This document shows positions 1-10,542 of a DNA stretch of 64,000 nt, piece by piece. Both the position numbers and the translations under genes were made by a program. Where the stretch lies: assembly GCA_051362555.1 (NCBI GenBank), contig CM120644.1, positions 2,674,954-2,738,953 of the forward strand, in the 5' to 3' direction. The notes beneath the pieces were generated by a model, which was not told the DNA's origin, made no database searches, and saw only the letters and a program-made list of their open reading frames with translations. This stretch comes from Lingula anatina (taxonomy: Eukaryota > Animalia > Brachiopoda). Each line of letters opens with the position of its first letter. Position 1 is the first letter of the stretch.

Positions 1-57
1 ATCACCCAAATCTGTTAATGGTTGTGTTTGTAACACCTGATTTTGATTCCTAAGAGT

Positions 58-261
58 GCATTCCCAGAGATTTAGAACGATCCATCCGGATCGACCTAAC
101 TCCCTGGGGGTTCACGCTAAATTGCTATCAGCCGAGCGCGCACGACAGTTAAACTTACAGCTTTTAGTAGGCGTGACAGACGCTTAAGCCGGCTAAGCTG
201 ACAGTAATCTAGTGAGACTCCCCACAGGGATTGATCGATCTAAAATCTGTGGGAACGGGGT
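58..261. mobile_element. Non-autonomous inverted-repeat element (MITE family A)
   Basis: Imperfect terminal inverted repeats (cattcccagagatttaga ... tctaaaatctgtgggaacg). Related copies lie at ~1890-2120 and ~21750-22245. Confidence 0.6.
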
Positions 262-887
262 CTAAGTATCCAGATTTTGTTCGCATTCTAAATGGAAATG
301 AAGACTGATGGACGTTACTGATGTTGTCAAAAGTAAGAAGTAGTTATTATTCTCTGCGGTTTTAAATAGGTGGTAAAGAAGGGAGTTGCTTATTTTAACA
401 TATAGATTTACGGTTATTACGCAGTCTTTTAAATTTGATCAATTCTAGGCAAATATGTTACCTTATTGATTGTGAAAAAGAATGAGTTGTATCAATTGCG
501 TGATTGAAATGATAGAAATGTGCACTTTTAAAATCAATCAGATACCTTTTGTATAATTGACTTAAAGGTTTTATAGAAGTGTCAATATCGCAGACATAAC
601 TACTTTGTAAGGCTCGATTCCATGCGACGAAAATCAAACACCCTTATTCATTTAACGATTTATCAATTAGACAAGCGATTAATTTAATTCGAATTAGTGC
701 TCTTTTAAATGTTCAAGCATCATTTTCTGCGGCATTTCTCTGCTGTCACCGCACTCTTAGCCATTCACCACTCAGAGCAACAACCCACCATATATTTTTT
801 TAATTTTTCTGTTGTCACGGGCTGCTTTTAAAACGTTAATGCTTAAATAAAGTATGGAGTTACAAAAACAGGTTCTTGTCCGAGTTA

Positions 888-1221
888 AGCCTAGGTCCCA
901 ACTGCGTTTGGACGCACGTTTTTTAGGTTCCTTGCGTCCGGCTAGGACGTAGCTAGATCGCACGTGGCGGCTGTTGATCATGTCGAAAAGATTTTACGTG
1001 CTGTTTGCGTCCTCCAAAAGTCGCACGATGGACGTGCTCCTCACGCACGAACTCCCACGTTTTCCCCATTTTTTGGCCGTAGACCACACGAAGCAGCCCG
1101 TACGTTCGGTTGGGGCCTATACCAGGCTTTACTTGGTTTCTTCGCTGCGACCTAGCTTCGTCCTAGCCGGACGCAAGGAACCTAAAAACCGTGCGTCCAA
1201 AACGTAGTTGGGACCTAGGCT
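888..1221. mobile_element. MITE, PIF/Harbinger (Tourist)-like, 334 bp
   Basis: ~75-bp TIRs (AGCCTAGGTCCCAACT... / ...AGTTGGGACCTAGGCT) flanked by a TTA duplication at 885-887 and 1222-1224. No coding capacity. Confidence 0.85.
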
Positions 1222-1889
1222 TTACAGCAGTATTTATTTGGGTAATTTTTGGCAGTTGCAAAAAGCACTTCGCAAATGGGATGCTTTATTGTTTATTTGT
1301 TTATTTATTCGTTCATGTAATTTTACCTAAATGTGATATGCAATAAGCACATTACTTTTAAGTCATATTATTTTTATATTAAATTATAATTACTTGTATT
1401 CATCCATGTGCTCAGCTGTTAGTATCTGACGTTGGATTTGTATTAAAATGTCCTTTCTGTCTTTTCTACATTGAAAGCAATAAATAGTTTGTTAAATGTA
1501 ACATCCAATTTTAGTTGAAAATTAAAATTATTTTATTAATCTACCAAAAATATCAGTTTATAAATTGTTTGTTGTTATTGGAAGCATCGCCGCACTCTGT
1601 AGCCTGACGTGATGTAGGAACCTCCCAATATCGTTTTATGTTACGCTAAGTCGCTAAACTTTGAACCAGTATTGAATATGAATACCCGAGTATTTCAAGC
1701 CTCGATACTAATGGTGGTGCATGTACAGAAGCGTCCTAAAAATCAAAAGCAGGCTGCAGTTACTATTCTTATTATACTTTAGATGTTTGTTTGTCTTTGG
1801 TTATGTTTAAATTCATATAATTTAATCCTTTACTTTGTTGCGACAACTCTTGTCCGCGGCGACTAAGACATACCTAAAACAGTCCAACA

Positions 1890-1906
1890 GGATCGATCAA
1901 TCTCCA

Positions 1907-1959
<53 letters not shown>

Positions 1960-2120
1960 AAACTGCTTTCCGTTTAAGCGGCTTAGATGTCTGGTACTCC
2001 TACTGAAGCTGCTACACGATAATTAATTACCCCCTAGTAGCTTCAGCAGGCGTGACAGACATCCAAGCCGCTTAAGTCGATTGCGATTTAGCGAGAATCC
2101 GCTCGGAGATAGATTGATCC
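1890..2120. mobile_element. Palindromic MITE family A relative interrupted by a ~49-nt poly(T) tract
   Basis: Arms ttaagcggcttagatgtctg...ctactgaagctgcta and tagtagcttcagcagg...cagacatccaagccgcttaa are reverse complements around a central taattaatta. Poly(T) at ~1908-1956. Confidence 0.6.
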
Positions 2121-4731
2121 ACAGTTAGTACTGTTATAGTTAGTATGACGACAGCAGTTTGGAGCTTTCGTCATAGTTTATTCACCGACTCTCTCTTCAT
2201 ACAACTTCACAAATATTTATATTCAATTTCTCCGTACTGATCACGCATTTACTTGCTTTCTTTTCCATTGTCTTTGCGTGGTTACAAAATATTTTCCATT
2301 CGCTTGTTGCAAGTCACCATGCAACATTTCCTTATTAGGTAATCCTTAAGGCACTTGTTTTCAATTAAAGATATCGAAAATATTATTTGGATTACTCATG
2401 CTTGGCCTTTATCCAAAACTCAGTTATCATGTGATAAATAGATGATCAAAATTAAAATATGTTATGAAATTAACCAATCACATTAACTGTTACTGACTTT
2501 GACCTTTTCCATCTTTTTCTCACACTAAAACATGTTCTACACTTGTTGACTTTTGGAGAAACTTAAATTAAACTTAATAACTCTTTGTCCCTTTTACTCA
2601 TTTGATTCCGCTTTAATTGTTTTCTGTAATTAGCAAAAGTGTAAGTAATGATTTAGAGACGTAGTTCCATCACATCAAAGGTCTGTAAACACATTCACCA
2701 AGATAAACTGGGGCACCAGATCCCACAGGAGGGGGGGGGGGTACGTAGGCAGTCTACATCATTGCCCAAACCCCAATCGTGAACAGAGACTGGGTCTCAC
2801 GTATTGGCAGCACTGTCACTGTCACGTTGCGCCGAATGAAAAACGTTTCCGCCGTTACCATTAGGCAGAAAGGTTCTGTTTGGTTCAAAGACCTCCTACG
2901 AAGCTTCTCTGGCTTCGTGGTTAATTCGCTGGCTTGGCCACAGTAAGACACTTGCTCGGTGTGAATATTTCATGCTAGTTATGATTTCTAAAATTTGCTT
3001 TAATCCAACTTTACTTGTTAATTAGATAGGCACAAAACATGATAACAACAATATGATAACGATTTTTCGCAACATTTAACTTCAATTTCATATTCAGGCA
3101 AGCAGGAAAATGATGCTGGGCTCTCCGTTACTATTCTTAATAACAACACTAAATTCCCATCAGTAAAATAGATATGGTTTTAACATAGAGTCTGGTAAAC
3201 TTTACATAAATTGATCAACATGAGTCCATAGTCCTGTTAAAAATGGTTCTTTATTATTTCCTGTAAAATGATTTCTTTATACATGTTTTCTAGAAGGATC
3301 TAGATCATGGCGATAAGGCAAAACTGTGTTTTTCTCTGATTTAGCCTTTCTTTATATGCTTCTTGAATAGCTGCGAGAAATAGTATATATCTCTACTGAA
3401 TAGTACATGTATATATCTCCACTTAGCAGTACTAGTACTATACTTGATGAAGTTTTCGGGAAAGGACGGAAGTAGGCTAGATTTTGGTGATGTTTAATGG
3501 ATTAATCAATCAGTTGGCTAATTGATAGATAATGAAAATTTGGCTTATTGATTAGGGGGGTTAAGAATTTATTTTAAAAAAGCTGATAATTGAGTCGATT
3601 ATTTCATTAATTATCTTATTTTAAAAAGAATAATGAGGAATATGCTGCCTGAGTACTATCCCCTTACTTACTCTGCGGGTAGCTGCGGGTTGTTCATACG
3701 GTCTGGCGCGGTAACCATGGAAATAACATTGTCATCCGTGCGCTGTTTTGTTTCAGTTAACAATAGTACCATGCCCTGTCTGTCGGGTATTAATCGTGTC
3801 TTACTTTCTGCTAACAAAAGAGCCTACCCCTAGATCGAAGCTGAGCGCGGTCGCAATAAATTGTTAGTCCAAGCGTTGATTGACCTTTAATGTGCGGTGG
3901 CTTCGCTCTACTTTCATCACTCTACTCTGATACGAAGATAGTAAGTATAAGAACCTACCAGCAATGTTTTTCAAAAGTGACTGTACCAAATAGATTCGGT
4001 GATGAAAGCAACCTGCGTGTAAATTTTAGTTATGAATTGATAGAGTTGAATAAAAATCAATTTATGAAAGATCAAATAAAACACTACTCGTACTTTTCAT
4101 ACTATAAACACGATTGGACTTTATTTTATAGTAGGTCCTGATATAGCTATTTGCTTTGTTCATGGATGATATGCATTTTTTTCAAAAGGACTTGTCAGTA
4201 CTATCCAGAGGAACCATGTTAAATAAAAGCATAGCATATATTGTATAAAATGATCTATCTATGATACGTATCAAATACAATGTTCTGGCACTCATGTGTT
4301 ATTTTTAAAATATAATGTATTGTATGTGAATTATACAGGTTGTAGTTTAACACTCTAATTACTTATGTTTATAAAGATGTAAAATAAACAATTTATGTAA
4401 CAACAGATGAAAATATTACTTGAGCATGCATCAAACGCAAAGATCCATGTAAAGGGCAAGCAGTGCACACACGATTCACAGAGGTGTTACACGTAACTGT
4501 CGTACTTTGATACAAATTTGGTTAAACATTATTGTACGTTACCAAATACGGAACTCTATGTACTAGCAGAAAAATTATCCCTTCAACTGCTCTGGAATAT
4601 ACAGATGGCGTACCTGTCAGCTAAAGCCGATTTATTTGGAATTTACCAACATCGTGTTTTTAAAGCTACGACAGTATGACTACTATAAAAATGCCTTAAA
4701 ATCTTTCTTTTCAGTCTCTGCTGTCAAACAG

Positions 4732-5904
4732 ATGACGTCACCACACTGCAGATGCGTGTTTAGACACTTCTCATCCCTTTTGATTGTTGGATGTTTGGTG
4801 CTGGTAACGTTGACGGTTTTAAAGCTAATAGGCGACAGACCGCAAATTGCTAAATACAGTATTGCTGATAAAATCTCAACGCAGCCGGAAAAAAAAGCAC
4901 CATTTCCACCCAGTGCCCGCAAATTGGGATCCAAAGATAAATCTTTGCAAAGGACATCCCAAATAGGAAAACACCATTATTCTCACAACACAGACACCGT
5001 TCTCAACGCAGGGGCAATCAGACCATTCCCTACCCTCCCGTCTTACCCGCTGAAACCCGGCGGAGCAGGGAGACATTACAACCCCGGTGTACTTTTGTCC
5101 TTTTTCAAGTCGGAACTCACGGATGAAGATAAAGAAGTCTTTATAAATATATTGGCTACCATAGACCGAATTTGCAGGGAGAACAATATAACCTATTTCA
5201 TGGCTGCGGGCACCTTGCTCGGATCTTACCGACACCATGGTATAATACCATGGGATATTGATGCCGATATTCATTGCAGCATCCACGATAAGGCAAAACT
5301 GACGGAGGCATTTTCCAAACATGCTCCAGATTATGTTCTTCATACCCCTCTTTATACCCGCTACCCCGGGTTACTGAAGATCTACTACAAGTGGTCAAAT
5401 ATCAAAGTGGACGAATGGAAATGGCCAACAGTCGACATATTCCTGTACGCGGAGAACCAAACACACTTTTGGGATATTCCTGGTAATTTGAGCGGAACCA
5501 AAGTACCTCGCCCAATCAAAGCCGACCCGAGCAAACTTTACAGGACATTCGAAAAAAGAGTTCTGTTTCCTCTTCATAGGCGTCCGTTTGGTAACATATT
5601 TCTCAACGCCCCTCGCGATTCGTTTGCCTATCTTAAGTTGGTTTATGATAGCACAGACTGTCAAAAACAACTACATAGACAATATGCAATACAGATTCCC
5701 TGCAAGGAACTGGAGAACGTCGTGCCGTTCGTTTTCAGAGAGGGGGTCGACGATGGACCGGGCGTGAAGGAAAAGCTGATGATGGGTAACACGGTGTTAC
5801 AAGAATTCATTATTGACGAGCCGAGTTATGCTGTAACAAAACGTTACAGTCTGGAGTTGGTGGAACACAATAAAAAAAGGGCGAGATTCGGCAAAAATAA
5901 ATAA
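4732..5904 (+). CDS. LicD/fukutin-FKRP family phosphotransferase, copy 1 (390 aa, type II membrane protein)
   Basis: LicD signature GTLLGSYRHHGIIPWDIDAD and downstream WPTVDIF. N-terminal hydrophobic anchor LLIVGCLVLVTLTVL. ATG at 4732 lies 17 nt after a splice acceptor (tctttcttttcag, AG at 4713-4714). AATAAA at the stop. Confidence 0.88.
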   Translation: MTSPHCRCVFRHFSSLLIVGCLVLVTLTVLKLIGDRPQIAKYSIADKISTQPEKKAPFPPSARKLGSKDKSLQRTSQIGKHHYSHNTDTVLNAGAIRPFPTLPSYPLKPGGAGRHYNPGVLLSFFKSELTDEDKEVFINILATIDRICRENNITYFMAAGTLLGSYRHHGIIPWDIDADIHCSIHDKAKLTEAFSKHAPDYVLHTPLYTRYPGLLKIYYKWSNIKVDEWKWPTVDIFLYAENQTHFWDIPGNLSGTKVPRPIKADPSKLYRTFEKRVLFPLHRRPFGNIFLNAPRDSFAYLKLVYDSTDCQKQLHRQYAIQIPCKELENVVPFVFREGVDDGPGVKEKLMMGNTVLQEFIIDEPSYAVTKRYSLELVEHNKKRARFGKNK

Positions 5905-6738
5905 ATAACAATGCAAAACATTTTAATTGAATTTTATCAGTCAAGGAGATTATTTTTGTTTTTTTTACTTACATTCGTTCCATTTTCGTAAGCTATGCAG
6001 TTTTTCCATTAAGCAGAAATACCTCTTAATATTATATCATTAAAATTTATTTTAAATTTTAATCATTTTTATCGTTATAACTTCAACAGATGACAAACAT
6101 CCCATTCATGCTTTATTTACTCTTACATAATATGTACATACTGTTAATTTACAAGTTTTATTGGCAGCACTGGCATTTACGCCAACACAGTCACCCACTG
6201 TATGTATTGACACCTTAAATCCTACTCTGCAGGTCCGTTTTAACAAAGTCTGACCCAAGATTTGGAAATGCACAAAGATATACAAAGTCAGTTTTTGCTT
6301 GACAAACGAAAACGCAGTATTAGCCAGACATAGGTTTACACCCACTCTTTACGAAACATTTTGTCAAACTTTCCACAGACTGGGCCAATATGGACAAAGA
6401 AGCGGCTGACTCAGAATTTCAATGAAAACCACGCTAGGAACAATGACCATTATGCTAATGTTAGTTTACATACATGGCAGTGCGTTTATATATGGGTCAG
6501 TAATATACTGATATTTAAGTCAGCTATGTGACATTGATGATTTGTAATATTTGCATTCAAAGATGCCGCAATAAAATAAAACTGGTATAAATAAAAGTGT
6601 TTTCTCCATAAATTCTCAATCAAGTCTAACTAGGGCATGAGCCGACCACCCCCAACATCGAGTCGACCTCCGACTCTTGAGCCATTCACACGCTCCACTC
6701 ATACCGTCCACCTTGACACAAGCGAGACACTTGTGATC

Positions 6739-6893
6739 AAGCATGATGCTATAAAGCCGAGATGGCTCGTATCATTCACAATGGCAAGACACCATTGATG
6801 AAAACTCACTAAACAAAGCATGATACTTAAAAGCCGAGATGGCTCGTATCATTCACAATGGCGAGACACCATTGATGAAAACTTACTAAACAA
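6739..6893. repeat. 77-bp tandem duplication inside the insertion
   Basis: aagcatgat...aagccgagatggctcgtatcattcacaatggc..gacaccattgatgaaaact.actaaacaa occurs twice with period 77. Confidence 0.85.
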
Positions 6894-6958
6894 AGGCGAG
6901 AGACCTTTGCTTACCAGCCCCTACGTCCCTAAATTTTTCCTTTCTTTTAATCGGACTC

Positions 6959-7003
6959 TGCAGCTGATGAAGGTCACTTGTTGACCGAAAAGCGCTTTCT
7001 GCA
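6959..7003 (+). ncRNA. Minimal type I hammerhead ribozyme
   Basis: Stem I TGCAG(6959-6963)/CTGCA(6999-7003). Core CTGATGA (6964-6970) plus one extra A. Stem II GGTCA-cttgt-TGACC. GAAA at 6987-6990. Palindromic stem III AAGCGCTT. Predicted cleavage after 6998. Confidence 0.75.
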
Positions 7004-7479
7004 ACCGTTCCACCCTCCCCTCTCCTTCGAAAGGCGAGACGCTTCGATCGTGCCAATCACGAAATGCCCTTTTCAGGGCACCCTATGTAGATCGGTATCT
7101 ATAAATCTCATACTATGTAGGTGAGACACCTACCTTCCTATCAGAGACGATCTTTCCTCACAATAAAGGCGAGAAGCCTTGCACACTCAAGAAGTCGCTC
7201 TCAACTATGCAAGGGGCGCTGTCAAAATACACGTCCTCAGAGGCCCAGCTCTGAATCGTGTTATTTTGGTAAAGTGGAATCTAACTAGGGCATGAGCCGA
7301 CCACCCCCAACACGTCCCTTAGCCCCCCTAGACTTAAAATGGTTGAAAATATATTTTTCAAAAAGGCAACAAAATCAATGGAAACCACGCAAGGAACAAT
7401 GACCATTATGCTAATGTTAGTTTTCACACATGGTTGAAAATATATTTTCCCAAAAAGGCAGCAAAATAATCTAAAATGC

Positions 7480-8393
7480 TTATCGCCACACGAAACCGAT
7501 TCTCTTGTTGGTCCGTCCATCCCCGTATATATATTCTTCTTCACCTCCTCGGTCGTCCCTCGTTGGTAGTTGGGCAGCTGAACACCGCTGTGATCCATCG
7601 CCATGTAACTGGGGCGGATGCCGCCCTTCCCCTCGAAGATGGGCCGCAGTCCCCCGCCAGCGCCGGGCCGGGCCGCCTTACGGAGAGGGTACACGTCGCG
7701 TCCTCCCTGGAGGCAGTAGTCGATCACCTTCCCGGCGTATTCCTGGAATTGGTCCTCCTCCAGCTTTAGCAGCTCCATGTTTTTGGCGTCTTGCTGGAGC
7801 TGTTCCACCTTCACTTCGCCTTCTTTAAGCTAACGCTGGCCCTAGAAGTGTGAGATTATAAAATGTTTAGTGCATGATGTTTTTTTTCCTCAGGTGTTCA
7901 TGCTAGCTGTTTTATTTGTTTTATTTGTTGTCAAGTGTGTTGTAGGTAATTTATGAATATGGTTTTGAATTGAAGACGACATTAGATCGTTAAAAATATC
8001 AAATGTTTTTTATCATTTTTTTTTTCAAGAATTGTCACTGCTAACTGTTTATGTACCTGCACAATCTATTTTATTTCATAATATGGATGATTTTTTTTTT
8101 CATTATTGTAAAAATATTTCCAGCCTGTTAAATTTTCATAAAGTAAATTATACATAAAAAAATAGATTAAAATTAACTATTGAGAATCAATCGACTTTAA
8201 CATAAAAAAAATGTGAAGCACAACTTACAGCTTCCATGAGATGGAAGTCTGCCAGGTGTTTATTTTCATCAAACTTTCTGCTGTGTTTCATCTCCTCATT
8301 TCTCTGGAACAATTTGTCTGCCTCCTTGCGGATCTGTAGCATTTCCGTCTCCCTGGCTCTGTCCGCAGCCTCCTTTTCTACTTTTTCTCTCAT
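7480..8393 (-). pseudogene. CFAP210: Duplicated CFAP210/CCDC173 exons 8-9 (pseudogenic fragment)
   Basis: Near-identical to 28541-28705 (here 8229-8393) and 27830-28189 (here 7480-7841), with the intron and splice sites retained. AAA->TAG at codon 4 of the last exon and a 2-nt (TA) insertion near 7530. No upstream exons. Confidence 0.88.
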
Positions 8394-9654
8394 CTAAAAC
8401 ATAGTTTGTTCCATTGTTTAGAGTACGTTTTTTTTTCTAAAATAATTCACGTTATATCTGAAGGAACTCCGGCATGGCTGTTAAAAGCTACTCCCGGCTT
8501 CAGAATCAGTGTTACAAGTGATAGATAAAAAAAAAGCAAAAGGTACCATAAAAAGATATTGATTTTCATTTCACTAAGGCATTACCTAGAAATTGTGAGT
8601 CATGATACTGTACATATTATAAACATAGAAAGTAATGAATAAAAATGCTGGTATTAATAAAAAAAATAAAATAACAATCAAAATATAATAATCAATATAA
8701 TCATGTTCAAATGTTTGTTTGTCAGTCTTACGAATCCCTTTCGTTTGTCTGACTATGGGGTTTTTTCATACGATAGTATTTTAACAAACTGAATCAGTTA
8801 TAATAAGTAGGCCTGTAGGTGCCTTTCTTCTTTACTCACTAATACGCGTGTCATTAACGCTAGGATTTATATTATACTTAAAGTGGAGATGTACAGTTTA
8901 TTAGAAAGATGTCGTGTAGTGAGTTGGTCGATAGACAGAAAAGATTTGGAAGTGGAGCTTGTCAAACAAAGATAAAATTTTACAATTTGTCATCTTGCCC
9001 TATATTTCCAATCTGATTGTTCCAGAAAGAGCAACTTTGTACAAGTCAATTACAGGGAGCTACATGTATACCGCTGGCTGCCTATGAAAAACATTCAGCG
9101 CACAGAATTTTCGTTCCTTTGCTTCATGGTAATTTTCTCAGTGTGGATAGAAATTCCAACAGAAACTATTCAAAGGTGTTAGTGAAGGTCCATACGATCA
9201 CTGCACATCCATGCACTTGCCTTGGTTCTTAAGTGCAAAGCCATAAGTGCCTAATCTACCCACCATCAATCCAATTTATATTTAGCTCTACCTTGCATGT
9301 CCTATAGAAATATTATCTATAAACTGAACATAATATCTAGTCTCACGAGACAGGTGTCACAAGAGACGCGCGACATCTTAGGGGGCGTGAGACATGCTAA
9401 GGGGTGCCACCGCGTCCCTTACACTGTTTTGCCATCTATCTTTGCCTACATGTCATAATATCTGGTTCTGTGAATTTATTATTTTTACAAAATTATTTTG
9501 TAAATATAGTTGCAATGATGTTTGTTGTTTTGTGTCTATGTGTTTGCCAGGTAAGCTGTTCAGTTTCAAAAAGTGTCAGAAATCCATTAGAAATTCATGT
9601 GCATTAAATATATTTGTATATAAATCTTTAAAAATCTTTATTCCGTTTATTTTT

Positions 9655-9855
9655 GACTGAATGGGCTTGTGGTCAGTGCCGGAGCAGAAGGTCTTGGTTC
9701 GACAAACCCGCTTAACACTCCCCGCTTAACACTCCCCACTTTGGGGCTGAAACGGGCATAATTCTTGTTTTGGCAGTAGCGAAAGATAGTGTTTCATAGC
9801 TGAGATCGCTTCATACAGCAGTCGGGCTGTATTATCCCAGGGAGGCAAGAACGTC
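9655..9855 (+). mobile_element. Degenerate tRNA-derived SINE-like fragment (partial second copy at ~14005-14130)
   Basis: B-box-like ggttcga at ~9696 and 3' segment gcagtcgggctgtattatcccagggag, reminiscent of metazoan SINE bodies. Present upstream of LicD copies 2 and 3. Confidence 0.35.
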
Positions 9856-10542
9856 CACCCCCACTCTGTATCTTGATCAAAAATGACAAAGCGTCCGTTG
9901 TAAACCGTGCTGAAATGAATACTTTAACATAATGTTGTATATAATGGAATGCGGTACAACCCAAACTTTACTTTACTCTAACCATAAATTGTTTCCCTTT
10001 TAGGAAAATATTTTAAAAGTTCAATATGCATTTTGCTGAAAATGCTAAAATATTCGGGAGGGGAACAAATAATAAACGGTTAGGGTTTTGGTGATGTCCC
10101 ACTCTTTAAAGAAATAGTAAGTTAGCTAAAGCCTGGTTGTCTGTACGCAATTTTATTGAAATTGTTCTGGAGGGATTTTGAAGAATTAATCGGTAAAGTT
10201 CGGAGGTAGGCTAGATTTTGGTGATGTTTAATGGATTAATCAATCAGTTGGCTAATTGATAGATAATGAAAATTTGGCTAATTAATTAGGGGATTAAAAA
10301 TTTATTTAAAAAAAGCTGATAATTGAGTCGATTATCTCATTAATTATCTTATTTTAGAAAGAATAATGAGGAATATGCTGCCTGAGTACTATCCTAGTTG
10401 AATTCATTTCGGTTGTCTGCGCATCTGTCAACCAAGGCCGATTTATTTGGAATTTACCAATATTGTATTTTTAAAACTACGACAGTATCACCATGATAAA
10501 AACGTCTTTAAATCTTTCTTTTCAGTCTCTGCTGTCAAACAG

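Larger units (their letters stand above)
6627..7313 (+). mobile_element. Hammerhead-containing retroelement insertion (Penelope-like pLTR or retrozyme-like)
   Basis: Absent from the paralogous sites (caagtcccttaaacccc at ~27753, caagtccattaaacccc at ~12414). 33-bp direct repeat at 6625-6657 and 7280-7312. GTC duplicated at both flanks. Internal hammerhead motif. Confidence 0.75.

Noticed and set aside
4636-4731. N-terminal extensions of the LicD ORFs in the ORF track (also 10447, 14726, 25694)
   Set aside because: They use TTG or non-conserved starts and run through the polypyrimidine tract and acceptor. The conserved ATG just before the membrane anchor is the better start.
4732-5904. Recent bacterial horizontal transfer or contamination for the intronless LicD genes
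   Set aside because: Type II anchor, splice acceptor, poly(A) signals and interleaving with spliced CFAP210 fragments indicate native animal genes. Animal LicD-family genes are known.
7281-7814. 177-aa ORF as an independent gene
   Set aside because: It is the frameshifted CFAP210 exon 9 copy reading into flanking DNA, with a stop just upstream.
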